A program made the position numbers and the translations under genes. Under the pieces are notes generated by a model. It searched no databases. It was given only the letters and a program-made list of their open reading frames with translations, and had not been told where the DNA came from. Positions 27,050 to 39,883 of a stretch of DNA of 64,000 bases are shown piece after piece. This DNA is from Eledone cirrhosa (Eukaryota): assembly GCA_964016885.1 (NCBI GenBank), contig OZ024744.1:79422001-79486000 (forward strand), read 5' to 3'. Every line of letters begins with the position of its first letter. The stretch's first letter is position 1.

Positions 27050-27789
27050 GCTGCTGTCATTACAGAACACTCAGTACACTGTACGGTGAAGGCACTGGTC
27101 CCACAACAACAAAAGCATCCAGTCCACCCTGTAAGGTGGTCATGCTGGTGACATGTCAAAAAGAGCACCTAGTCCATCCTGTAAGATGGTTGTGCTTGTA
27201 CTACAATGAAAAAGCACCCAATCCATCCTGTTAGGTGGTTGTTTTGGTGCCCTGATATAAAGTCTGCTGTCCACACAGTAATGTGATTGGTGTTAGGAAG
27301 GGTATCCAGCTGTAGAGACATGAGAAGGTATATGATTTATTTTGTATAGAAATTATTTCGACAGGGATATGACAGTTTCATTTGTTTGAAATCATTAGAA
27401 CTGATTATTTCAAATGAATGAAATAGTTCTAGTCATGTTGAAGTAATTTCTATATTAATAACACCCAGTCCACATTGTAAAGTGGTTGTACTGGTGCCAC
27501 AACAAAAGCACTCCATCAACCTGTAAGGTTGTCAAACTGGTGCCATGACAAAAAAGGCCCCAGTTCACTCTGTGAGGTGGTAGTGGTGATGCCACAAGAA
27601 AAGCTCCCGCTCCACCCTGTAAAATGGTTGGCATTAGGAAAGACATCCAGCTGTAGAATCCAAGCTAAAAACAGATTTGCATAAGCTAGATGTGGTCACC
27701 TGATCAAGCTTGACTTGCAACATGACAACTTGGAACCAGCATGACAAGTATGGAAAATGGATATTAAATGGTGAGGATGATGATGTTGA

Positions 27790-27795
<6 letters not shown>
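27050..27795 (+). mobile_element. Degenerate RTE 3' UTR-type repeats
   Basis: caccctgtaaggtggt subrepeats, ttaggaag..catccagctgtaga, (GAT)n tails. Confidence 0.6.
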
Positions 27796-27843
<48 letters not shown>

Positions 27844-27844
27844 A

Positions 27845-29870
27845 TCATCATCATCGTTGTTTAATGTCTGTCTTCCACACTAGCATAGGTTAGACGGTTT
27901 TGTCCCATTTAGAGGCAAGTTGGGTCAGGTGGCTGTGTCTCACTCATATAGGACTGTTACAGTGTGGGCTGGGTGCTTTCTGTTGTGACACCATCACAAC
28001 TACTTTACTGCGTGGGCCAGGAGCTTCACTGGATGCATTTACTTTGGTCTGTCCTCATGGAGTGTATGGGAGAGTGGGTTAGGGCATACTCTATATATGC
28101 TTTGGCTTGTGTTCTTGGGAAGTCAGGTCTTCTGTATTACCGTGTATCACCAGAGATCTTGGTCATGTGTCATTGCCTTTGAAAGGTGCAATTGGGCAAG
28201 GTCAGCTTTTATCACCTCACCCACTCCAAGGCTTCCATCAACTTTGAGCGCTCTGCATTTTTTTATGCAGCTGTCATCCTTCATATGCATCACATGTCCA
28301 TACCAACACAATCTCCTCTCCTGCACACAGCATTTGATTCCTCTTATGCCTAGTTTTTCTCTCAGTTCATTTATGCTTTGTCATTCTTGTATATTACACA
28401 TTCATCAGAGCATGCAAGCTTCATTTCTTTCTAATCTACGCAAGTCTTCTGCACACAGCGCCCAGATCCCACTACCATGCAACATAGTTGTTTGTATGCA
28501 CGCATCATACAGTCTGCCTTTCATTCTGAGGGAGAAGCCTTGCTGTTGCCAGCTGTGGTAGTAGCTCCCTGAACTTCCTCCATCTCGTTCTTACTCTGTA
28601 CTTTCAGAACACCTACCACTGCTGCTAATTCGGTCATGTAAGTAGCCGAAGCTGTCAACTGTTTCTACAGAGCCCTCCCAGAATTTGATAGTGCTTGTTT
28701 CCTGCAGTTGTTTGCTGCTTACTGTTCCAGTGCAACTGCTACATGTAAAGCCTATATTTTTAGCTAAACTTCCTGAGATTCCACTACATCTCTTGTGCAC
28801 CCATAGTTTGCATATGGAGCAGAGGATGGAGTTTCTACCTATACTTTTTCCTACATACTGAACCAGGCATTTCCCCCAAGGGGATCTGGGTTCTGTTTTC
28901 TCTTCTTCTTACTAGGACATTTAGTCTTTGTCAGGTTGGCTTTAAGACCTCTTCTTTCTAGGCTCTGCTTCCATGTTTGGAATTTCTTCTCTAGTTCCAC
29001 CATAGATTCAGCTATGAGTGTAAGATCATTACGAACAGAAGTTCCCATGGGCAGCCGATCTTAAACTCCTCCGTTATAGCCTGCAAAACGATAATAAATA
29101 GAAGTGGACTAAGAACAGAGCCCTGCTGGATGCCAACTTGAACGCTAAATTCCTCACTATAGTCATTGTTAATCCTAACTTTGCTGACTGTTCCTCTATA
29201 CATGGCTTGTACAGCCTTCATAAACCACTCATCTACTCCTAGTTTTCTAAGAGCCTACCAAATTATGTCATGGGGCACTCTGTCGAAAGCTTTCACCAAA
29301 GCAACAAATGCCAGGTAGAGAGGCTTATTTTGGCTAGGTATTTTTCCTGTAACTGCCTCAAAAGGAAGAGGGCATCTGTGGTGCTTTTGCTTGGCACAAA
29401 TTCAAACTGTATCTCATCTAGATTTACCCAGTCCCTAATCAGCTGTGCTATAACTTTCATGACTTGGTCTATCAGTTTTATACCTCTATAGTTACCTCTA
29501 TCTAGTGCATCTCCTTTACAGTTGTCAATGATGTTGCTGCATCAATCATTTGGTATGATGCCATCTAGTATTATTTGGTTTACAATACGTGTGGTTATGG
29601 TGTGACCTACCGACCCGGAAGCTTTCAGCATCTCAGCAACTATTGCTGATAGACCGGCTGCTTTCCCAGCTTTCAAATCCTTAATTGCTTTACTAACTAC
29701 ACTGCTGCTGACTTGTACTGCTGGGCCCTCAATGGGGTGCACTTGGGGTAGGGTCTCTTTCTTGCATGCATTCTTCTCATTCAGTAATCTTTCATAATGG
29801 CTCTTCCACACATCTTTCTTCTTAACACCTGTGAGGGCAAATCCACATTTATCATCCCGGACACACTGTA
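27845..29870 (-). mobile_element. RTE LINE, degenerate
   Basis: Split ORFs 29542-29880, 29012-29221 and 28591-28800 with RT motifs. Confidence 0.9.
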
Positions 29871-30640
29871 AAGAAGTCATGTAGGTGTCATGACAAAAGG
29901 TACCCAGTACTCACTGTAAAGCGGTCGTGTAGGTGTCACGACAAAAGGCACCCAGTCCACACTGTAAAGTGATTGCATAGGTGTCATGACAAAAGACACC
30001 CAGTACTCACTGTAAAGAAGTCATGTAGGTGTCGTGACAAAAGGTACCCAGTACTCACTGTAAAGTGGCCGTGTAGGTGTCACGATAAAAGGCACCCAGT
30101 CCACACTGTAAAGTGGTCGTGTAGGTGTCATGCTAAAAGGCACCCAGTCCTCACTGTAAAGAGGTCATGTAGGTGTCATAATAAAAGGCACCCAGTCCTC
30201 ACTGTAAAGTGATCATGTAGGTGTCATTACAAAAGGCACCCAGTCCTCACTGTAAAGAGGTCATGTAGGTGTCATTACAAAAGGCATCCAGTACTCACTG
30301 TAAAGAGGTCATGTAGGTGTCATGATAAAAGGCACCCAGTCCTCACTGTAAAGAGGTCATGTAGGTGTCATTACAAAAGGCACCCAGTCCTCACTGTAAA
30401 GAGGTCATGTAGGTGTCATGCTAAAAGGCACCCAGTCCTCACTGTAAAGAGGTCATGTAGGTGTCATGATAAAAGGCACCCAGTCCTCACTGTAAAGAGA
30501 TCACGTAGGTGTCATTACAAAAGGCATCCAGTCCTCACTGTAAAGAAATAATGTAGGTGTCATTACAAAAGGCACCCAGTCCTCACTGTAAAGTGGTCGT
30601 GTAGGTGTCACGACAAAAAGCACCCAGTACTCACTGTAAA
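29863..30640 (+). repeat. 48-bp minisatellite (~16 copies) expanded from an RTE 3' UTR subrepeat; the UTR and tail continue to ~30800
   Basis: gtaggtgtcatgacaaaaggcacccagtcctcactgtaaagaggtcat. Confidence 0.92.
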
Positions 30641-30900
30641 AAAGGTTGGCGCTAGGAAAGGCATCCAGCTGTAGAAATCAAGCCAAATCTGTTATGTATG
30701 AGCATGACATGGTCACTGGACCTAACATTACTCACAACAGGACAACTTGTCTAACCCATGCCAGCGTGGAAAAATAATGTTAAACGGGGATGATGATGAT
30801 GACAGTGCCATCTCATCAGTCGACTTCTAGAGATATGCTTTAAGATCGATATAACAGGCTCTAGTGCACAGGGGACAGTAACAAATGGACAAAAGACAAA

Positions 30901-31782
30901 ATCATCATCATCATCACCGTTTTACGTTCGTTTTTCCACGCTAGCATGGGTTAGACGGGTTGTCCTGTTGTGGGCAGTGTCCGGTCGGCTGACCATGTCT
31001 TGCTCATACGGGAACTGATTCTGGCTTGATTTCTACAGCTGGATGCCCTTCCTAACACCAACCTCATTACAGTGAGTGCTGGGTGCTTTTTTTCCATGGC
31101 GCCTACACGTCCACTTTGCAGTGTGGGCTGGGTGCTTTTTTTACCATGGCACTTCCTCGACTTTTTGCAGTGGGAGATGGTGGGGCATATTGTCTATATG
31201 CTTCAGCTTCGGCTTGTACCCGTGGGAAGTTGGATCTTCTGTATTACTGCGTGATGGTCATGTGTCATCGCCTTTGAGAGGTGCAATTGGGTAAGGTCGG
31301 CTTCTATCACCTCATCCCAGGTCTTCTTGGGTCTCCCACTCCGCGGTTTCCATCGACTGCTAGTGCTCTGCACCTTTTTATGCAACTGTCATCCTTCATA
31401 CGCATCACATGTCCATACCAACGCAACCTCCTCTCCTGCTCACAGCACTTGATTCCTCTTATTCTCGGTCTCTCTCTCAATTCGTTTATGCTTTGCTGTT
31501 CCCGTATATTACTATTACATATCCATCGGAGCATACAAGCTTCGTTTCTTTCTAATCTACGTAAGTTTTCTACAGACAGCACCCAGGTCTCACTTCCATG
31601 TAACATTGCTGTTCGTATACACGCATCATACAGTCTGCCTTTCATTTTGAGGGAAAAGCCTTTTGTAGCTAGCAGTGGCAGTAGTTCCCTGAACTTCTTC
31701 CATCCCGTTCTTACCCTAGTTATTGTACTTTCTGAACACCCACCTCCGCTGTTAATTCGGTCACCTAGGTAGCAGAAGCTAC
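30901..31782 (-). mobile_element. RTE LINE 3' portion
   Basis: ORF 31307-31645 homologous to 41693-43048. Confidence 0.9.
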
Positions 31783-32035
31783 TATAAGATAATAGTCTGA
31801 ATCATTATTGTATGTTTTTAGTCACGTGGGACTCTTTTTTCAAATTAATATATCATCATCATCATCATCATCACTGTTAAGCATCCATTTTTCCCTGCTT
31901 GCATGGGTTAGATGGGTCGTCCCCTCCAGGAGGCAAGGCTGGATAGAGTTGGATATGTTTCGACGAAGACTGTAAATATGGCCAGGGATTTTACAGCTGG
32001 ATACCCTTCCTAACACCAACCACATTTACAGTAAA

Positions 32036-32710
32036 GATTGGAAAGAAATGAAGCTTCAATGGATGTGTAATAGTAATATACGTGAACAGCAAAGCATTAA
32101 CAAACTGAGAGAGAAACTAGGCATGAGAAGAGTCAAATGTTGTGTGTAAGAGAGGAGATGGCGTTGGTATGGACATGTGATGCGTATGAAGGAAGACAGT
32201 TGTGTAAAAAGCTATACAGAGCACTGAAAGTCAATGGAAGTCTTGGAGTGGGGAGACCCAGGAAGACTTGGGATGAGGTGATAAAAGCTGACCTTGCTCA
32301 ATTGCTCCTCTCAAAGACGATCTCAGGTATTACATAGTAATATAGAAGACCTGCCTTCCCATGGGCACAGGTTGGAGCTGAAGCATATATATAGTATGCT
32401 CCACTATCACCTCCATCTCACCCACCCTTCCATACATCTCCCATGAGGACAGGCCAAAGTAAATGCATCCAGTGCAGCCCCCAGCCCACACTGTAAAGGG
32501 GTTGTGCAGGTGTCATGACAAAAAGCATCCAGTGCTATTGTAAATGAGATTGGTGTTAGGAAGGGTATCCAGCTGTAGAAACCAAGCCAAAATCAGCTTT
32601 GTATTAGAAGACATGGTCAACTGACCTAACATTGCCCAAAACAGAACAACTCGTCTAACCCATGCTAACATGGGAAAATGGACGTAAAACGGTGATGACG
32701 ATGTTGATGA
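32036..32710 (+). mobile_element. RTE LINE 3' portion
   Basis: WYGHVMRM/GRPRKTW coding remnants, UTR and (GAT)n tail. Confidence 0.85.
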
Positions 32711-33087
32711 CTGCAGTTAAATAAGACACTCAATACATTACTTAGGGAAGGTACTTGGTTTATTTTATATAGAAATGAATGAAATAGTTCTAGTTATGTA
32801 GAAGTCATTTCTACATGCTTACATCCAAGAGATGGAGGGTTTGATCCCCACAAGTATTTCTATTCAGTTTTTTTTCTTATAGGGTTACATTGTCAAATCT
32901 TTTCAGCTATCATTTAAAGTGATTCACTTTACATTAGGATGCACTCATTTCAAATATATATATATATTGTAGAAAATGATATGTTTTAAGAAGTCTAAGA
33001 GAATGCGGAATAGATTTTAAAATTTAGTTTAAATGAAGGTAACGATGTTTGGTTAGCTGGAATTTATTATCGTTATCTTTTGGTGTA

Positions 33088-33660
33088 TTGGCAGTATCGG
33101 TAGAGGGTTGGACGTCATACTTTGCAGCATTGAGTTATGGCCTTTTACGGTCTGAGTTCAAATCCTACTGAGGTTAACTTTACCTTTCATCCTTACAGGG
33201 TTAATAAAATAAAGTACCAGTAATACACTAAGGTTGATTTAATCGATTTCTCCTTGCCCCCAAATTGTTGGTCTTCAGCCTAAATCAGAAACCATTGTGG
33301 ATTGGCAGTATCGGTAGAGGGTCGGACGCCTTGCTTTGACGCATAGAGTTACGGCCCTTTCCATTCTGAGTTCAAATCCCGTCGAGGTCAACTTTGCCTT
33401 TCATCCTTACGGGGTCGATAAAATAAAGTACCAGTAATATACTGGTTAATGTCTAGCCTTGTGCCAAAAGTAGAAACAATTATTGGCAGTATCAGTAGAC
33501 CGTTGGACGCTATGCTTTGCAGCATAGAGTTACGACTTTTTACATTCTGAGTTCAAATCCCACCGAGGTTAACTTTGCCTTCCATCCTTAAAAATAAAGT
33601 ACCAGTAATGCATTGAGATAATTGTTGGCATTGTGCCAAAAGTAGAAACAATTATCATTA
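33088..33660 (+). mobile_element. Three tandem copies of SINE family 1
   Basis: ttggcagtatc heads at ~33088, 33302 and 33483. Confidence 0.88.
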
Positions 33661-34259
33661 TCTTTTTTTTTGTCTTAATATTTTGGGACTTAAAAATCCT
33701 TTCCTCAAAATATGGGAACTCTCTGAGCAATATGTAGGAAACTGAGATGCAGAAAATAACTGCAATTACTATAAAATAGCTTATGAAAAGCCCTAGAGAC
33801 GAAAAAATATTGCCGGCAGCTGCTATGAAGAATCGATTTTCATATCTCCCAGATACTGGCTAGGTGCTCTAACCATTGAGCTAAGGGACCCCTGCTAAAT
33901 AGGGAGTTTAATCAAACAGTTTTTGAAATATATATATATATATGTGCGTGTGTATTTATATATGTGTATATATGTACATACATACATATATATATGTATG
34001 TGTGTGTGTATACTCGTACAGACACACATCACTATAGTCTTGTCAAAGAAGTAAAGTAAAAATACCAACAATATGTCCAAGGCCTTTTATCAGCTGGCTT
34101 TAAAACCAGATCAACCCTCATACATTTTCTATATTTTTACAAAAATTTGTTTAAAAGGTTACCTCCCTTGATTGTTGTTTTTTAGGTACATCCCTAAAGG
34201 GAACCTTTATTTACTAATTGCATGGATAATGTCAGTTTATCGAAGTTTGCGAACTCACT

Positions 34260-34470
34260 ATATTACATACGCGTGACCCCATCGCGTGTTTATTTAGTAT
34301 GCAGAGCGCTCCCCTAAGGTAATTTTCTCTCACCCATATTGATGATAAGAATGAGACGAGGACGTCTACATTCGTCGATACTTCTTGTAACTGGCGCTAT
34401 TAGCTGCAGCCAATCGGCAAACAGTCCGACATTTATGACGTAATTGATGAACGAACGACTAGGAAGCATG
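34260..34470 (+). promoter_or_regulatory. Candidate Pol II promoter
   Basis: Repeat-free, locally CpG-rich; CCAAT box 34410-34414, CRE-like TGACGTAA at 34436, YY1-like aagcatggcg at ~34464. Confidence 0.5.
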
Positions 34471-34618
34471 GCGATAGCTTTACACTTAGTACGACTGGAT
34501 CACCGTTACTGTACGACTGGTTATATGTCGCAGAAACAGTTTGGATTACTAATTACCACTTTACAATATCAAAAGTGGATTTCACAATAGTTTTAATATT
34601 TTCCCGAAGCAAATAGTT

Positions 34619-34698
34619 ATGAGTTACAGCAGGCGAACCGTGCTGCCAAAGTCAACTAGCACCTTGTCTAATACATCTACGGGAGCTAGTACTGACAA
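34619..34698 (+). CDS. Candidate first coding exon MSYSRRTVLPKSTSTLSNTSTGASTD(N/K), product unknown
   Basis: ATG, open 80 nt, then the consensus donor GTAAGT at 34699, downstream of the promoter-like region. Confidence 0.45.
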
Positions 34699-34898
34699 GT
34701 AAGTTAAATATTCATGCATACTAATAATACTCATACTCTTATATATGTATATAAAAATATATGTATGTATATTTGTTTACTTGTAATATTTTTGATACAC
34801 AATCGTGGATGCAATGGGACACAGAGAAGCTGTAAAACCAAATCCCGTCCCCCTCATACTGTCCCTCATTCTTTAAGTACACACATAAATAAATACCT

Positions 34899-34970
<72 letters not shown>

Positions 34971-35422
34971 TACACACACATATACTGATTTATTTATAAT
35001 TTATTTATTTATATTGGTATATCAGCAGTGTTTCCAGATTCGCTGTATCCAATCGGCAATGTGATTAGTACAATTGTTTCGTACGATTTGTTTTTCTACA
35101 GTTACTGTCGTTGTTGTCATTATTGTTGTTTAGCCACAGATCTATTCTATCTGGCTTACCCGTGATCAAAGGCGTTCTTACCATGACGACCCAATATATA
35201 TATATATATATATATACAATGATAATAATAATAATAAATATAATTATGGGTGAATTTCCGATGGGTATCGGGAGGTGACCGTAGTTAAAGAAGGTGCTCA
35301 ATGCGTTAGTAGAGTATAGGCATCTTTATTTCATATACGAATGACTTCTACAGGACTAGAACTAGTACTTTCCTGGCGGTTTGGGTTTGCTAACAAGATT
35401 AAACAGTTTTAGTGCTACGGAA

Positions 35423-35460
<38 letters not shown>

Positions 35461-35904
35461 GACTACACTGCCCAACGTGTCCTTTATTTTTTCTCAAAGC
35501 GTAGAGTGTATTTGAAAGAATTTGGACTGCTATTTCTAATGAAACTAGCGTCCGTGTGTTTAGCCTCCCCCTGTATTATTGCTACGCCCCCCCCCCCCCC
35601 CTTTCCTTTTTTAATGCTGTTATAATCTATGGCTATTCGCATGGATGCACAGTAAATATATTAAAATTGACAGCTTTTGATGTGGTACAGGTGAGTCGGA
35701 TGCTAAAAACAGGTGCAGTGGTATAAAATAAATTTAACGATGACTGTTTATTGTATTCCATATTCACGTTGGTTAAATTAATTAAGCAAGTTGATGGATG
35801 AAATAATAAATATTTACTCAAGCACACTACCACAACCGTTACGGTTATTTATTTCTCAACCAGTCATGTTATTTTCCTCACTGCACCGTCTTCAGAATGT
35901 CCAA

Positions 35905-36096
35905 TTATATATTTATATATATATTTATTTATATATATATATATATATATACAAATATATATATATATATATATATACAAATATATATATATATATGTAG
36001 ATAAATCTACCAAGAGTTTACGGTAGTGTCCAATCCGTATGAAGAACTTAATATATATATATATATATATATATACAAATATATATATATATATAT

Positions 36097-36131
<35 letters not shown>

Positions 36132-36395
36132 AAAATATATATATATATATATATATACAAAAATATATATATATATATATATATATATACAAATATATAT
36201 ATATATATATACAAATATATATATATTTATATATATATATATATATATATACAAATATATATATATATATATATACAAATATATATATATTTATATATAT
36301 ATATATACAAATATATATATATTTATATATATATATATATATACAAATATATATATATTTATATATATATATATATATACAAATATATATATATT

Positions 36396-36462
<67 letters not shown>

Positions 36463-36469
36463 TTATATT

Positions 36470-36519
<50 letters not shown>

Positions 36520-36590
36520 TATATATATATATATTTATATATATTTATATCTATATATATTTATATTTATATATATATTTATATATAAGT
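35905..36590. repeat. Long degenerate (TA)n tract (similar tracts at 37380-37520, 43085-44285, 45795-45960, 46320-46650, 47070-47255)
   Basis: Direct reading. Confidence 0.95.
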
Positions 36591-36671
36591 ATTAAGTTGA
36601 TTATGTCAAAGAATGAGTTTTACAGTAGATTGGAAGCACTCAACGAGTAAATTAATTTTCAGGAGTTATTA

Positions 36672-36938
36672 ATATTAAAATATAAGTATTAATAAAATAG
36701 ATGTTCTTTTGATCAATTACATTTTATTAAACATATTTCGGATGTGCAACAGTACGTCCTCATCAGACAAAATATAATGATACATGACATGCCCTGAGAT
36801 GTTAAATGGTTAAGATTTAATCAGGGTATGTCATGTATCATTATATTTTGTCTGATGAGGACGTACATCCGAAATATGTATAATAAAATGTAATTGATCA
36901 AAAGAACATCCATTTTATTAATACTTATATTTTAATAT
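36672..36938. mobile_element. Fold-back element A with a hammerhead in each arm (36721-36773 -, 36845-36889 +)
   Basis: Arms 36672-36797 / 36821-36938; attttgt-CTGATGA-ggacgtacatcc-GAAA-tatgta-TA-ataaaat. Confidence 0.8.
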
Positions 36939-37378
36939 ATTTATGTATATATATATTTATATATTTATATATATGTAAATATATATCATTTCATTTTTCA
37001 TTTCATTTTACGTCCGCTTTTTCCCTGCTTGCAAGGGTGGGACGGGAACTGATTCTGGCTTGATTTCTACAGCTGGATGCCCTTCCTAACACCAACCTCA
37101 TTTACAGTGAGTGCTGGGTGCTCTTTTACCGTGGCACCTCCACGACCACTTTACAGTGGAATGATAGTCCTTATCATCTCATTTCTACAGCTGAGTAAAC
37201 TGGAGCAATGTGAAATAAAGTGTCTTGCTCAAGGAAACAACACATCACCCGGTCTGAGAATTGAACTCACAACCTTTCGATTGCAAGGCCAATGCTCGAA
37301 CCATTAAGCCATGTGCCTCCATATATATTTATGTAAATATATATATATATAAATATATACATATATATAAATGTATAC

Positions 37379-37523
<145 letters not shown>

Positions 37524-37556
37524 TACTCTTTTACCGCCATCCGGCTGAGACCATGC

Positions 37557-37588
<32 letters not shown>

Positions 37589-37915
37589 ATCGAAAGGTTG
37601 AGTTCAATTCTCAGACCGGGTGATGTGTTGTTTCCTTGAGCAAGACACTTTATTTCACATTGCTCCAGTTTACTCAGCTGTAGAAATGAGATGATAGGGA
37701 CTGTAAAGTGGTCGTGGAGGTGCCACGGCAAAAAGAAAGCACCCAGCACTCACTGTAAATGAGGTTGGTGTTAGGAAGGGCATCCAGCTGTAGAAATCAA
37801 GCCAGAGTCAGTTCCCGTGCCACCCTTGCTAGCAGGGAAAAGTGGACGTAAAATGATGATGATGAAAAATGATGATATATATTTATATATATATATATAT
37901 ATTAGTATGTACACA

Positions 37916-38520
37916 TGGTGGCTGCCAACTCGTTTTCGAGTACGGCCACTACTTTATATCCATGTAGGAGAACCCCTACCGAAGCGCTGATCGAGTGTGA
38001 CTTTTTAGTCCAGCCAGCGACTTGAAAACTCTGGTACAAACACTACACTTGTGACAATTATTGACACATAGTGCTGGGCCCATGGTACCATGTGAGGACA
38101 AGTGCAGAGAGATCTCCAGATATAAAGCAATGCCTGTGCCGTGAAACTTTTATAGTGAGCAAAGGCACTGCACAAAGCCAGTCCCACTCTCTTAACCAAG
38201 ATGATATTTACCAAAAAGAAGAACAAGTTAACATCATTGGATACCATCAGGGTTGCAGGTGTTATATCAGAGTTTTCCTTCTCCTAGAATTCTGCCTTGA
38301 CAAAGGCTAAGGGGTCATCTCTCCCGGTGATTTTGGATGGCCATTGACTCTTAAGAGCTCCTTTGCCCTTTGACAGGTTTTGTTTTTAGTCCTGCAGGAT
38401 GTTCAAAGTCACCCTCCTCACCAAGAAACCTTGGTGGGGTTGCCAGTTTAGTCGCCAACGACCCGACCATGAGACAGGTTGTACTGGGATACATGTTACC
38501 AGTAGCACCAACTGGTGACC
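37916..38520 (-). mobile_element. Non-autonomous RTE-derived element (5' UTR fused to 3' end), collinear copy
   Basis: RTE 5' UTR-like gagaaggaaaactctg plus C2H2 terminus and 3' stem-loop; homologous to 18900-19446. Confidence 0.7.
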
Positions 38521-38524
38521 TGAC

Positions 38525-39468
38525 ATATGTACACATACATATATGTATACAGACGTACAGTAGTATATATACATACATGCACACATATATATATGTATGT
38601 ATGGATTCACCGAACATTTATTATAATGCTCGGTGTGTTTGTAAACAAACATCCCGTATTAAGCCGTAGTGTCTAGCAACCATCGTTGCTCATTTGTTCA
38701 ACACTGACAAAGGAACGCTGTACTAGTTTCAAGCTTATTAGCTATAGTCAGCAACGTATACCTTTCTGCCAGATTGTTGAACGTATATACTTACCTTATG
38801 CATATTAACGGCTGAGTAGCCCAATTTGCATATCGAGTGGGTTAATCGGCCGGGTGCACCGAAAACGATAAACGGAAAAAATGAAACAAAATTTCATTTC
38901 CCACTCTTAGTACGGCTGTTACTTAAATATAAGTATGTACACGTACATACATATATGTATACAGACGTACAGTAGTATATATATATACATGCACACATAT
39001 ATATGCACGTATGGATTCACCGAACATTTATTATAATGCTCGGTGTGTTTGTAAACAAACATCCCGTATTAAGCCGTAGTGTCTAGCAACCATCGTTGCT
39101 CGTTTGTTCAACACTGACAAAGGAATGCTGTACTAGTTTCAAGCTTATTAGCTATCGTCAGCAACGTATACCTTTCTGCCAGATTGTTGAACGTATATAC
39201 TTACCTTATGCATATTAACGGCTGAGTAGCCCAATTTGCATATCGAGTGGGTTAATCGGCCGGGTGCACCGAAAACGATAAACTGAAAAAATGAAACGAA
39301 ATTTCATTTCCCACTCTTAGTACGGTTATTACTTAAATATAAGTATGTACACGTACATACATATATGTATACAGACGTACAGTAGTATGTATATATATAT
39401 ACATACATGCACACATATATATGTATGTATGGCTTCACCGAACATTTATTATATGCAAATTGGGCTAC
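38525..39468 (-). mobile_element. Retrozyme-like tandem array, ~2.2 units of 410-418 bp, HHRs at 38716-38756 (core mutated to CTGACTA) and 39126-39166 (intact)
   Basis: atggattcacc at 38601, 39011 and 39429 (one mismatch in the last); same family as 17437-18604. Confidence 0.82.
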
Positions 39469-39633
39469 TATTTATATATATATATAAATACTTAGGTTAA
39501 TAGGAGTTAGGTATTATATACCCGTGTCCCATTAAGGTATTGGCAGCATAATAATTAGCTCTATGCTTTGGAGCAGAGCCGTGTATATGAAAAAGAACAC
39601 AAGAGCGTCTACAACATCAAAAGATTTTTATTG

Positions 39634-39678
39634 GCTAACAATGTTTCTTCCTTACGTAACCGTAGGATTCGTCAGAGC
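39634..39678 (-). ncRNA. Type I hammerhead motif, separate family
   Basis: Reverse complement gct-CTGACGA-atcctacg gtta cgtaaggaa-GAAA-cattg-TT-agc; stem I extends via tttta/taaaa. Confidence 0.65.
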
Positions 39679-39836
39679 TATAAAAGGGGTTTGATTGGTG
39701 TTATGGACTCTACCAACCAAACATTCAAGAACAAAGAGTAAAGAGCAAAAGTAGGGGACGATAAGTCTAATTTTGGTGCGGGAGGGTGGGGTGTGGGTCC
39801 TTGTTTACTAGCTATATATTTATTTATATATATATA

Positions 39837-39880
<44 letters not shown>

Positions 39881-39883
<3 letters not shown>

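Noticed and set aside
23330-30640. Regular repeats resembling CRISPR arrays
   Set aside because: No unique spacers; tandem minisatellites in eukaryotic DNA
34060-34195. Minus-strand coding exons beside the promoter
   Set aside because: Would require an implausible 34-nt intron; otherwise all frames are stopped
35674-35690. 17-nt microexon (acAG...GTGAGT) after the candidate first exon
   Set aside because: Joining it to the phase-2 exon gives an immediate TGA; unsupported
38260-38520. HDV-like ribozyme in the RTE-like 5' UTR
   Set aside because: Could not build the nested double pseudoknot by eye
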